Below are positions 12,736 to 25,860 of a stretch of 64,000 nt of DNA, in pieces. The number at the start of each line of letters is the position of its first letter. Within the stretch, counting starts at the first letter, position 1. A program made the position numbers and the translations under genes. The DNA is from Monocercomonoides exilis PA203 (Eukaryota > Protista > Preaxostyla). The stretch lies in contig LSRY02000031.1 in NCBI GenBank assembly GCA_001643675.2, positions 744,001 through 808,000 on the forward strand, given 5' to 3'. The notes under the pieces were generated by a model that ran no database searches, was not told the DNA's origin, and was given only the letters and a program-made list of their open reading frames with translations.

Positions 12736-15700
12736 TTATTTAAAGTCAAATGCCTCAATTTCATATTCTTGCTCACTTCGAAATAGTCCGTCTTTCTTTT
12801 CTTTCTCTTCAAAGGAATAAAAATTTTCATTTTTTGCTTCTTTTTCAGGTTCATTTTCAGGATCAATTTTTGATCCATTTTGTGTTTGTATCAGAGGCAA
12901 GGGAGATGTCAATGGTGAATACTCATTTTGAGACTGATAAGTTCGCAAATAAATGTCATCATTAATATCTGAATGAAAACAAGGCTTATCAGATATGTCG
13001 AAAGAGAGAAGAGAAAAAGAGGAAGAGGAAGAGGAAGAAGAAGAGGAAGAAGAAGGAAAAGAAGGAGGAAAAGAAGAATAAGTCTGAAGATTGAGGCAAT
13101 CTTCGATGAAATCAGAATAATAAGGGTTGGAGAAGGAAGAGATGGGAAGAGAGGAAGAAAATGAGGAAGCGAATAGAGATGCAAATGTTGAACAAGAAGT
13201 CGATGAAGAGGAAGAGGAAGATGAGGAAGATGATTGAGGCGAAGAAGAAGAAGAAGAAGAAGAAGAAGAAGAAGAAGAAGAAGAAGAAGAAGAAGGCAAT
13301 TCTTGTGTTGGAATTTGATCTTCTTTGTTTGCTTTCAATAAAGGAGGAGAAAAGTGCGGATGAATAGAAGGCGAAGAAGGATATGAATACGAAGACGAAG
13401 AAGAAGAGGAGGAGAAAATAGATGACGAATTAGAAGAAGCAGAAGAATTTGAAGAAGAATTAGAAGAATTAGAAGAAATAGGCGAAGGACTAAAAGATAT
13501 AGAAGAAGCAGAAGGAGCAGCCATTATTTTCAAAGAAGGCTCTGATTGTGAACGAATTTGTGATTGAGACTGAAGACAACGAGATAGTTCCATTTTTTGA
13601 GGAATTAATTGCTTTGTATGAAATTCTGATTGAAATCCAGGTTTAAATTGAAATTCAGATTGGATTTGAAATTGATGCTGAAATTGTTTTTGAGGTTGAT
13701 TTTGAAGATAATTTTGATATTTATGTTGATGTTTATGTTTATGTATATGTTGATACTGGCTTTGGCTTCGGTTTTGAAGTTGATTTTGTGCATAAAATTG
13801 AGGATGAAATTGAGGTTGAGGTTGAGGCAAAGGCATAGGTAAAGGTAAAGGCAAAGGCAATGAATAAGATGGAAGAATACCGCTAAATGCACGAGTAGCG
13901 GAAGGCTGTGAATTTTGATAAGGAAAAGGATAAGGAGAAGCATTAAAAGAAGAAGGTGAAGAAGGAATTGAAGAAGAAGAAGAAGATGCAAATGAATCAG
14001 AAGAAGCCGAAGAATTGGCTGCTGATAACGCTGTATGTTTAGACAAAGATGGCTTTGGAACAAATCTCGTTGAAATATCCTGATTAACATTGATTTGCTT
14101 TTCATATTGTTCATTCGAAGCTTTTGAAATATTCTTCTTATTCAATTCATCAGAAATGCAGTTTTCTTGCCTTTTTATCAAAATTTCGTTTTTCTTTGGC
14201 ATAATCTTCACATTCGTTTCATTCTTTGTGTTCTCTTCCGATTCAAAGTTTGTTTCCATTTTTGTTTCAATTTTAGTTTTTTGCATCGGTTTCAGTGTTG
14301 GAGCCACAAATTCAGGAGATTTGAGGAAAATCGGAGATTTTCCCTCTAATTCCCCTGGAGAAAATGATAATTTCTCCGTTTTTCCGATGAATTGCAAGTA
14401 TTTGTGCTCAATTTGTTTGATTTCTGCGTCAATTTTCTCTCTCTCAAGTTGAATGGTTTCTGGATCTTTTTGCTCATTTCGATAAATTTTCCTGTTTGTT
14501 CTGTGATTTGCATAGAAATCTTTTCCACTTTTAAGAATTTCCATTTTTTCTTCTCCTTTTCCTCCTTTTTCTTCTATCTCTTTCAGCATCTGCTCTTTCT
14601 TTTCTATTGCCAAACATCTATTTGAATTTATTCCAACATTATTTTCTTCTTCCTTCTCATTCTTCTTTGTCTTTAATTCACAACCAAATTCATCATCATC
14701 ATCATCATCATCAATAACAATAAATTGATCGTCATTTCCATGTTTCAAGCTTCCTAAATTAACAATTAACGGTTTTGCCGGCGAATTAACCTTTGAAAGT
14801 GGGACAGAAAGTTGCTGGGGCACCGACGGAATTATCGGAACATATTTATTTTTCAATGAAAAATTTTTGTTATTATTTTCAGTGTAAATACAGCCAAAAG
14901 CAGAATTTGATGAAATTTCACTGGATTTTGGTTGAAAATAGCTGGAAAACTTGTTTTGCTCATATTTCTCATTGTAAACATTATGTATATTATTATTTGT
15001 TTTCTGGTTGTATGTGATTTCTTCTTTTCTGTTTTTGTATGTTTTGTTTGCTTTTCCATTAGAATTTCCCGAAAAAATTGATTTTTTAGCTGAATTTCTG
15101 ATGGATTCTCTATCTTTATCACAAGGCAACAAGCATGAATTCAATTTTTCTTTGGCTCCAATAGAAAATTGTGATTGAAAGGAAGGCAAATAATTAGAAG
15201 AAGAAGAAGAAGAAGGAGGAGGAGAAGAACGATAAGGAGAGGGATAAGAAGAATAAGATGGAGGAGAAGGAGAAGATGAAGAAAGAGAAGAAGAAGAAGA
15301 AGAAGAACCTGAACAATAACTCAATACAGAACTTTTCGCATATTCATATGGCAAATCCAAAATTGGCTTAAATTTCACAGAAAATTCATTTTTTTCTCTA
15401 ATTTCACTGGAATTTGCTACCAAACGCCCCGGAAGCAGAATGCGAGGAGGCAAAACGGGAATTAATGGAGATGTGTCAGCAAAAAGGGAAGATTTAACAA
15501 TATTATCTGAAAGAACATCTGAATCATTGCGCTGTTCATTTCTTGCAGAAATTGAAGAATTTGGGTGAAGATTTGAAGAGAAAGAAGGTTTGAATTCTTT
15601 TTTGGTATTATTTTTATCGCTTATTTCTTCTTCTTCCTTTTCTACTTCTTTTTCTTCTTCCTCTTTTTCTTCCATTTTTACTGTAACTTTAATTTTTTCT

Positions 15701-16258
15701 TCTCTTTCTCTTTCTTCTCTTCCCTTTTCTCCCTTTTCTCCTTTCTCTTTTTCTTTCTCTTCTTCTTCTTCTTCTTCTTCCCTTTTCACTTCAACTTCAC
15801 CAAATGTATAAGAACATATAGAACCAAGTGAAGGCGAAGAAGACGATGGAAGAGGCAAAAGAGGCGATTGAGGCGATTGAGGAGATTGAGGAGATTTTTG
15901 TATGCTTTCAAGCAAATTCACAGGTGAAAAGGTAGTTTTCATTGAATTTTGTTCAAAATTAACCGTTTTTGATGATTTTGATGATTTTGATGATTCTGTT
16001 GATTTTAATGAAGAAAATTGAGGATATTGAGAAGAATAACAAGATGTTTGATAATCAATTGCATTTGAAGAAGGCTGAAAAGAATTGTTTGAAGAGGAAT
16101 ACGAAAATACGCTGGAAGCTGGTTTTTCTGATGTGCTTACAAGTACTGGTGAATATGACTCAGAAGAAGGAGAATATCTTTGAATGGGCTGAGAAGAAGA
16201 AGAAGAGGAGGAGGAAGAAGAAGAGGAAGAGGAAGAAGAGGAGGAAGAAAAAGAGGAA

Positions 16259-16293
<35 letters not shown>

Positions 16294-17593
16294 AGAAGAA
16301 GAAGAAGAAGAAGAAGAAGAAGAAGAAGAAGAAGAAATGGAAGAAGAAGAGGAAGAAGGAGGAGGAGGAAAAGAAGAAGAAAAAGACGATGAAGACGATG
16401 AAGAAGACGAATAACAAGAAGAATTTGAGGAGGAGGAGGAAGAAGATGAAAATTTTCGAAAATAGTTCGATTCTTCTCCTTTTTCTCTTCCTTTCTTCCA
16501 ACTCATTCTGTTTTTCCATTTTAATTTTGAATGGTTCATCGTATTTCTAACAGAAGACGAAAAATGATAGCATTTCTCATACGTTCTGCTCATTTTCGTC
16601 GTTTTATAAGAATCTGCCTTGTTTTCTCTCGCTTTTTGCCATTTTGAGTTGGAATGTTTGCAAAAACGCGAAGCAAAAAACGGCAAAACGAAAGACGGCG
16701 GATAACCTGGCGGATTTGCCTGCACAACACGGAAAAACGGATCATTTGTTTCTTGTGAGACTTCAGGGCTTAGAGAACTTTGAGTGTTCTGAGAAGAATG
16801 AGAAGAAAGATGAGAAGAAAGATGAGAAGAATAAGACCGATGAAGAGTATGTTTTCTCGTTTCACTTTTGGAAACATGATAACTTTGGCAACTTTGGCAA
16901 CTTTGTTGTTTTTGATAGTTTTGACAGTTTTGATTGCTTTGATAACTTTGCCTGATGCTATTTTCGTGATTCTCTCTTTCTTCTTCCAACAGCGCTTCCT
17001 CCACTTCTTTCGAAATCGCATCAAAAATCGTTTTTTCGACCTCCACTTTTGAGGGAATTTCAGATTTCTCATAAAAGATAGGAATAAAAGGCACAGGAAT
17101 TGGGGTCAGCATCTCTTCGTAGCTGTGCACATGTGTTCCTTCGCACATTCGGAACAGCCGAACAGAAATCGTTTTTGTGCCGATCTTCTTCTTGTTCAGC
17201 AGCTCAACCGCCATTTTGGCTGACTCAGAGTATTTGAACCGGATGAAGCCATATTGAAGAGATTCGCCCGTTCTGGCTGATATCTGAATAAAAAAAATTT
17301 TTTATTAAATAGAGAATATTTTAAAATTAAAACAAAAAAACAAAATGAATCATGAAAATAAGAAGGAGAAAAAGAAGAATAAAACGAAATAAATTCAAAA
17401 GAAAAAATTAAATAAAATTAAAAAGAAACATTTGAATTAAATCAAAAGAGAAAATTGAAAACCACACCTGAATGTTAGCGTAAGTTAAAGGCCCAAAATT
17501 CGCGAATATTCTTGCAAAGCGTTCAGTTGATATGTACTGCGGGATGTGGTTGACTGCAATTCCAAAGGGATCGTTATCACCAGCCTTCAGCAT
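12736..17593 (-). CDS. N-terminal RRM RNA-binding protein with long Ser/Glu/Gln-rich disordered tail (~1557 aa); exons 17593-17468, 17283-12736
   Basis: Exon 1 contains IAVNHIP (RNP2-like) and IFANFGPL. A phase-0 GT..AG intron leads to ISARTGESLQYGFIRF (RNP1)..AKMAVELLNKKKIGTKTISVRL, in frame with the 1492-aa ORF. Confidence 0.85.
16190..16445. repeat. (GAA/GAG)n microsatellite encoding poly-Ser in the RRM gene
   Basis: Long AAG-unit run visible directly. Similar runs occur at ~2550-2615, 13240-13295 and 29211-29275. Confidence 0.95.
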
Positions 17594-18399
17594 CCTTTTC
17601 TTCTTTGAATCGAAAGAAGAAGAAAATAAAACATTAATTGCACAGATTTATCGCAATTCGAGAAATACACATGAAATAAACAGTAACGCAGAGGAAATAG
17701 AGAAAACGCAAAAAACAAACTTGTATGCCTCGAGGTTGGAGAAGATCAAATGCAACTCAAAACAAATAGAAGATAAAAATGGGTGTGCATCAGATTTCTT
17801 GAATTATTGAAAATGCCGGAATCTCCTCAAAAATATTAAACGAAAACTGCGAAAATGTCACTTGGAAACGAAAGAAATAGATAAAATTTCTTTTATCCCT
17901 CGGATGAATGACATATTCATTTGAAGAAGAGAATAATGGAATTAAAATAGAAATAATCTTCTTTTCAGAAAAATTGAAGAAAGCAAATAATTCATTTCAT
18001 TTTCAATTTTTCATGATTCAACATTTTCCAGCACTTTTCTTTCTTCATATCATAAAGAGCGCATTGTTCCATTCTGAAAAAAAGAACTCCCAAAAATGCA
18101 AAATTCCATTCATCAGTGTGTGCATCCGCATTTTTTTGCTGATAGTTGAGTTGCATAAATTGATGTCGATTTTTCACGTTAATAAGTTCTGACAAAATAA
18201 TGCATTTTTTCTTTCAAAATACTCTTTCTCATTTCATCCAAAAGCAAATAAAAATCTCCTTTAAGCTTCAAAAAATGCTTTCATATGGAATTCAAAGATC
18301 ATAAGGACGTTTTTCTTTTCAATCACTTTTTAAATTTTCTAACTTTTTCGATTCTCTTCTTTGTTTTTGACTTCAATATTTCAATTTCATTGCAAACGT

Positions 18400-21270
18400 T
18401 CAATTTATAATTCGCAATCGAATCTTTTCAATTGTTTTCAGAACAATCCTAATTATAATGCTGCAATAATTTCACTGAATCAAATGAGCAATAATTCAAC
18501 TCAAAAAGATAACTCACTTGTAAGCATTGTAAAAGTGCATCCACAAAGTTGCGTTGTTTTCTGCTTCACTTGAAAGTGAAAAATGTCGACCTTCTTCTTC
18601 TCATTGATGCTATTTTCCGTGAATGCCAAACATATTCATTCAATTTTGATGAATTTCTGAAACTGTTTTCTTTGAAAATCTGTTCTTCTCTTTCATTCTG
18701 TTTTCAACTGAAACAACACATCACATAAATACAAATTCTTCACATTATTTCACTAGTGTTATCCATTGAAGGTGAAAATATGAAAAATTGGAGATGTAAG
18801 TGACAGTAAAATCGTTTTTGATGATCAATTTCTTATGAAAACAAAAGTTGTGAAATCTTCACATCATTTATTTCCATATAAATCATTGGACATTGTGAAA
18901 GGGTAACAATGAACAAAGAAATTGAAAAGTTGAATCCTTTTGAAATCATTTTAATTATTGACATCTCCCCTCACTGAATGTGAAAGATAATCAACCAGAT
19001 CCTTCAGGAACATTCAAGGAAGAAGGATTGGTTGAATTGAAATCGATTGCAATATGCATCATATACTGATTATCTCTCGTAAGTTGGAATATCACATTCT
19101 ACCAAGAAGTTGAAGAGAAATGCGCTTAATGTTTCTTTTCAATCCCTTCATTCTTCCTTTTGATGTGTGGAAATATTCCGAATAAATATCAATTTCTTTG
19201 TTTCCATTTTGAAACATTCTTCAATCGATCCACCTGATTTGTTGACTTGTTCCACACTTAATTTGTAACTGTTATGAAAGGTTTTTTGTGGATTCAGCGA
19301 AATCACACTGCACAACAAACAATCAATGCATCGATCATCAGAAACATGTCTCGAAAGAATAACGCCTTCCATGCAATCCTTCTTCATGGCGTTCCAACTT
19401 GACTTTGTGTATTTATGTGCACAACAGAACACATGAAATTATCAACGGTAATCAATATTCAGTTTTTGAGATTCAGAAACACATTCTTGCAGATTATTGG
19501 AGATTTATACAACATTTATCGAAAATATCACATTCATGAAGATGACATGAAAAACATGTCAATTCTCGATAGAAAAGGCAATATCGAAGATGTTAAAGAC
19601 AAGAATGTTCATTATCCAACATCGAGAAATGAAATACCCTAATTGATGTTGTTGTTTTGCACAAAATTAACTGAATGTTCTTCATTTTGAATGAATGTGA
19701 AATGCCTTGAAAAACACCAATCATCAATGAGAACAAGACAGTCCGAATAAAGTAATATGTAGGTCAAGCATGCATACACTCTGTCACCTTTCATTATCTG
19801 CTTCAAATCATCCTATTCCAATGACTCATAAAAATTGCAAAATGAAAGTACTCCTCCACAGTCACTAACTTCACTATTCGAAAATTTACATTTGTTGATC
19901 CGAATGCTCGTTGAAATCAAATGAACGAATACCCTTCCTCCATATCGAATTTGTGAATAATATGAACAGATTGCATTGTTCACATTCATGAACTGTAGGA
20001 AATTTTAGTACACAATATATCTCTGCTGTTATTGCACACTATGTATCAGTTGAATACAAGTAACAAAACTGAAACTGTTGTAAAATGATTAACCATTCAC
20101 AAAAACAGAACCAATGAACTTAAATTTCACGTTCATTTATTTCATTAGAAAAAGTTATCTCAAATCCATTCACACTAAGTTATTGAAATGATTCTTCATG
20201 CATTGTATCGATTTTTTCCTTTAAAGATGCATTCACAAAATATTCACATTTCAGTGCTCCACTTAGAATGATTCAGAAATATTAGCAACATATGACCGTC
20301 ATATTGGCAGTTGTGAAAATATCCAATTCATCAATAAAGTGTTTCGTAAGCAAGTTTAAAAGTGTATCAATTCATTGAAATGATATTCACTGAATAGAAA
20401 CAAGCTGACTAGAACATGAAATATAGCGGTGAAATCTTTTCAACATTATTTTTGAAAAATACCTAGAAATAATTGGATGTGAAGAAGTATTATTCGATGG
20501 AAGATAATATAATGAATTTTCGAATGCGAATGTGTAGAATTGGCTGAAATTTCAAATTGATTATTTTCAGTAAAATATGATATCAAAATGATGAATCCAT
20601 CGCTCAAATGAAGAAGCTTCATATTTCAAATAACTGATATTGATCCAATGCAAAATATTTGAGTTTCTCAAATATGATTGCACAACTGACACATGCAATA
20701 TAATGAAGATGAGTTGCAATTTTGAGATGATAAAAATGAAATGATTCCATCTTTCATTAGGCTTGCCGCATTTGACAGTTGTTCAATTTTGATGTCCAAT
20801 TATTTTTTTCATTTTTTGATAGACTCTTACTCATCTCTTCCACATTAATCATCGTAATTTGTCACAAATGTGATTGATGAGTTTTTTCTCTCAAGTTGAA
20901 ACTCAACATAACGTTTCCTTTTCTTATGATGCACTTCAAATTGTGAATTGTAGATTTTACCATCAAACCTTTAACAGTTTGATCGCGACATTCACGAAAA
21001 CTCAAAGATTCATTTATCAATAAAATGCTTCATCTAGCGTAATTCAAATAATTCAACAATAACGAAATATTGATGTTTCAGGTATGTCGTTTGGATAACA
21101 CTGTCATCGTTCTCGTCATTATTCTACATTTACGGTAAAATTTTCTACAGTTTATCAACTGTTGAAATCAATGTCACTTATGGGTTATTTCGATCCTTCC
21201 GTTATTATTATATTTTCAGTTTTTCCGAATTCATAAAATGAAATAAAAAACAAAAATCAATCCATATTAT
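18400..21270 (-). pseudogene. Highly decayed beta-helix surface-protein family gene
   Basis: The minus strand near 19960-19800 reads YGGRVFVHLISTSIRINKCKFSNSEVSDCGGVLSFCNF, the GG..CxF family pattern. Many stops and frameshifts; boundaries approximate. Confidence 0.4.
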
Positions 21271-21443
21271 TTTAAAGAATAAAAAAATTTCACGATCTCT
21301 ATGAAACAATCTTTTGTCAATTTTTTTCAAATAAAACCGAAAACGAAAGTAGGCGATGTGATTTTTTGCGAACATAAAACAAAACAATATTTAATGAAAA
21401 TGCTATAACTTTTAATTGAAATGAAAAAGAATCCTATTTGACT

Positions 21444-22222
21444 TCACAAATCTTTCCATTTAGATCCGGTGTATTTTTCGAGAGGTTGAGTAAAGTAAGA
21501 AGTTCGACGAAAATTCGTTCGAGGTTTTCCTTCAATCGTTCCGCTCAATTCCATTGATCTTGTCTTCATAAATTCTTGAGCATCTTCAGAGTGCCCTGCT
21601 TCAGGCATCACAAATACTCGCTCTTTTGCAGGATCAGTACTGATGATTTCCCCAGTACAATCTCTCTCCAAGGGAGTAAAAGTAATATTTTTTCCATAAT
21701 CATGCTGCGTTGTTTCAAATTGATTTTCTTTCTTCATTGAACGAGTCTTAGTATTTGTTATATGAGTAGCGTAACTCAAAGTTGCATCAGTTGACTTTAA
21801 AGAAAAATAATTATTTTGTAAATATTTTGAAAATTTAAAAATATAATGAATATCAAAGATGCAACAAAAATGAAAAATATTAATTGCAAACCGGAGGCTT
21901 TGTTGAGCGAGGTTTTAGTCGATCAGGAGAGAAATCATCATGATAAACAGAATGTGATGTTATTCCTTCTGTTGACTGTCTTACAACAAACGGTGACGAT
22001 TTCAATTTTGAAGAAGTATCAATTTCAAATCCGCGAGATTTAAGCTTTTCTGTGTCTTCTTCAAGAACACGATCTTCAAACCTCACAATAGAAATTTTTA
22101 CATTTTTGAAGAATTTCGAAAATAAAGCAAGAAATAGGCAAAGATAAATATAAATGAATTACAAACCAATTTGCATATAAACATGATTTGCTATATGACC
22201 TAACACCCGGTGGTATTGTCAT
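21444..22222 (-). CDS. Flagellar microtubule inner protein, NWE-motif type (CFAP68/CFAP95/CFAP107-like); exons 22222-22167, 22081-21892, 21794-21444
   Basis: Spliced N-terminus MTIPPGVRSYSKSCLYANW|FEDRVLEE matches YSxxxLxxNWxE(E/D)R. Mn-like motifs SVYHDDF and ETTQHDY follow. Both introns are GTTTG..AG and keep the frame. Confidence 0.65.
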
Positions 22223-22464
22223 TAAGCACACTAAAAATGCAATGATAACCCCATTATGGAATTTTTTTGTCCTTCATTCAATTGTTTCAAATCTTCAATA
22301 AGCCACTTAAAGTGTAAAAAAAACAAATATTCTTTAAAATTTTTTATAACAAAACGTTTCAGAACCATTTATTGCAAAACAATTCAAATCACCCTAATTT
22401 TTCAAAAAAATTATTTCATATGTTAAAAATCAAAAAGAAAATCATCATAAATAGGAAGGCGAAT

Positions 22465-23839
22465 TTATTCAGTGAATGTTGATGATGCAATATCGAAATG
22501 CTTCGCTTTTTCCAACTGATATTTCGCGAAATTCATATAAGCACAATTATTCAACAGCAGATAGTTATGTATAATTTTTCAAAGTTTTTGATGTTCATTA
22601 AATAAACAGAAAATAAACCAAAACTTTATCATAAAATAAAAATATGAATATTGCAAACCAACTCAGCAACTTCCTCATCTGAATATTCCTTAAACTCCAT
22701 TCCAATGCCCACGGCTGCAACGCTGCATGTTGATGCATCCAATTCTTCGTCTCCGCTTGATGCTTGTAATGCATGCAGTACGTGAGATGTTAGCTGTTCC
22801 AGATTAGCTTTAAAAAAAAAAAAATAAATAATTGCATTGATTTTAAAGTTAAGAAGTCAAATATTTTAGATTGACAAAATTGAAGTTGAAAAAATAAGTT
22901 TGAAACATGAAATTTTGAAAGAAATTGAACTAATTTACAACCTTTTGGGAATGATTTGAAATGCCTTTCCAAATATGTTTTTGATGCCTGAGATCTTGCA
23001 CCCATCGCCTGTGCAAAATATTCTGTATAATTTCCTGCAGGATCCGCATAATACAAATGAGGTCCAGATTTCTATTAGAAATAAAGATCAAAAATTATTT
23101 TCTCATATGAAATGACAACTCTGAAAAATCAAACATCAACTCCGGTAATTATTAATCCAACGCCAAATGGTCTGCTTCCAAACCCCATTGTCCTTTTCTG
23201 TGCACCTGAACATATGAAGGGTTGCAATATTTATAAAAATGGAAGTCTTCTAAAAAAAAATACAAACGATTTGCAACTTGAACAACTAATCTAGAAGTAG
23301 GAATTGTTGTCTCATTTGTATATTTATGCCTCATACACGTATCTTTCATGTATTGTGACAATTTTCTTGCGTCCGCATTCAAACCTGGTTGAAATATGTC
23401 AAATAAAAAAATATTTATTGGTTATTTGTCATTATTCATTATGTAGGCATATTTTCAAACCAGAAATAACACAGCCTAACTGATCGTCAATCTTGTATAT
23501 TTTCTTTTGTGTCTCAACACGCTTATATGCTGCTAGAACAATCTATTTCAAAATGAAATTTAATTTTACGGAAAAATGAAGACAACGAGGTCAAACGTGA
23601 GTATCGGATCTTGCTGCAAGACATGCAGACCCTTGTTTGACAGCTTCCATTGCGTATTCCACTTGGAAAATTCTTCCCTGTGGTGACCATGTGCAAACAT
23701 CTTTATTAATAATTGTTTAAAAATATTTTTGCAAATCCAACAAATGCACGTGAATCCATGAAAATAAAATCAATTGTATGAATGCAACATTCAACGCTTA
23801 ATTTTTTTGCATACCATCATCGTAAATTGTTCGATACAT
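22465..23839 (-). CDS. PSMA1: 20S proteasome subunit alpha-6 (alpha type-1); exons 23839-23815, 23700-23597, 23542-23461, 23384-23268, 23205-23135, 23071-22942, 22807-22659, 22515-22465
   Basis: Spliced translation [33 protein letters not shown]...[11 protein letters not shown]...[20 protein letters not shown]...[16 protein letters not shown] matches the alpha-6 signature. All 7 introns are GT..AG and frame-consistent. Confidence 0.95.
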
Positions 23840-24010
23840 TCAATCAACAAAAGAAAAAAGATCACAAACATCATAAAATATTTTTTTGAACAAAAAATAT
23901 GAAAGAATACAAAGCAGATTTCATTGTTCAAAATTTAACCCATTCAAAATTTCCTTTTCATGAAAATTGAAAAAAGAAAAAGAAAATTATATATATTGGG
24001 TACATAAGCG
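23840..24010. promoter_or_regulatory. Probable compact bidirectional promoter
   Basis: Only 171 bp separate the divergent ATGs of PSMA1 (23839, -) and the SH3 gene (24011, +). AT-rich, with TATATATA near 23988. Confidence 0.5.
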
Positions 24011-25815
24011 ATGAAATCCTCCAAAGTGTTTAATCCAACTCACATTTTATTGCTTGATTACACAGGAGAAGAAGTTATAAATGTTTATTTGAAAAAGATG
24101 CTAATTATTATTCTAATTTTTACACTTTTTAGGCTCATTATTTAACAGCTAAAAAAGGTGAAAAAGTTGAACTTTTAAAGACTCTGGAATCAGGATGGTC
24201 GTTGTGCTTTTCGGCTGAAGGGAAAAAGGGATATTTGCCTTCATCTTATTTGAAAAAAATGCAAATAGAGGAACAAAAACGGTTTCAAAGTGTTGGAAAT
24301 AATGCAATGCCCACAACAAAAGAACAAAAGCAATTGCATGCAAGTTCAATTGAAACTGATAGACAAAATTCACCAGAATTTATTCCTTCAACAGTTCTCG
24401 GTGATTTTACTTCTGATGACGTTTGACACTTGATTTTTAACTTATCAAAGATTTTTATTATGTTTTTCAAATTTTCACAATTTATTTATTTAATTTGTGA
24501 CCACCGCATTCAAATAACACAGGATCGATTTCTATCTGTTAAGAAAGGAGATAGAGTTTTCTTTTTAAAATCTGAGAAAAATGGATGGGCAGCTTGCAGC
24601 AATCAAGAAGGCAAAAAAGGTTTTCATTATTTATATTTGCATTTTATTTTTTTAAATATTCATGGAATTTTAAATTCAATCTTTTATTGCTTAGGTTTTT
24701 TGCCTATATCTTACATTAAGATTCAAGATGGTGCGACTGGAGGTCTTTCTGATAATCCGACTACTGATTCGACACATTCTTCGAGTACACCTTCAACTCA
24801 CCCAACATCTTCTCCTTCTGAAAATGCACCGTATGTGTTATTTATTTATTTATTTTTATAACTTGAAAATAAATAATTATGTATTTTTATTTTCTTCTTC
24901 TTTTTTTGAATAACAACTGTATATGCAATTCAATTATTCTTTCCTTGTCTTTTCAATGGTGAATGTTATCATTGCACAATTTTATATATACGCTTGTCAT
25001 TATCTTTTTCATAGAGCACCAAAAGCATCTTCAAAACACAACGCTTCCCCTTCTTCTTCTTCTCCTTCTCCTCCTTCTCCTTCTCCTCTTTCTGCTTCCA
25101 CAAAAAGCCCCTCAACCACACCTTCTCATCATCTAACCCAATCTTCATTGAAATCTCCTTCTTCTTCAAATTCTTCTTCATCTTCTTTATCATCTTCTTC
25201 TTCAATTCCTCCAATACAGTCACAAGCATCATCTTCTTCTTCTTCTTCCTCTCCATCTCAAATAAATGCTCATCCTTCCACATCAACCACACGTCACTCA
25301 TCTTTGCCTCTTTCCTCTTCCACTTCTTCCTCCGTCCCCAGATTACGTCTTGATTCTACAATTGGTTCTTCTTCTTCTTCTTCCTCTTCCTCTTCTTCTT
25401 CTTCTTCCTCTCCTTCTTCTCTATCTTCTTCCCTTTCCCCTTCTCCTTCTCCTTCGCCCCTCTCCCTCACAGACAGATCTCCCAATCCAAACAGCATAAC
25501 CAGCCGTGCCTCTTCCATTTTCATCTCTTCTTTTGCCTCTCTCTCAAAATTGCGGTTTTACCTTTCTCTTCCTCTGAACTCTCAAATTGCTGCTGTGAAA
25601 GCTGATTACGATGCGAAAATGCAACAAGAGGAAGGAAGAAATGCAGGAGGAGGCGGCGGAGGTGGAGGTAATGTAAATTGATTAATTATTATTGTTGTTA
25701 TTATTATTCTAATTATTTTATTTTTGCTAATTATTTCTTTCTCTCTCTTTCTCTTTCTCTCTCTCAATTTCTCTTTCTATCTTTTTCTTTGTTATTTTTC
25801 GATTTCTTCTTCTTC

Positions 25816-25860
<45 letters not shown>

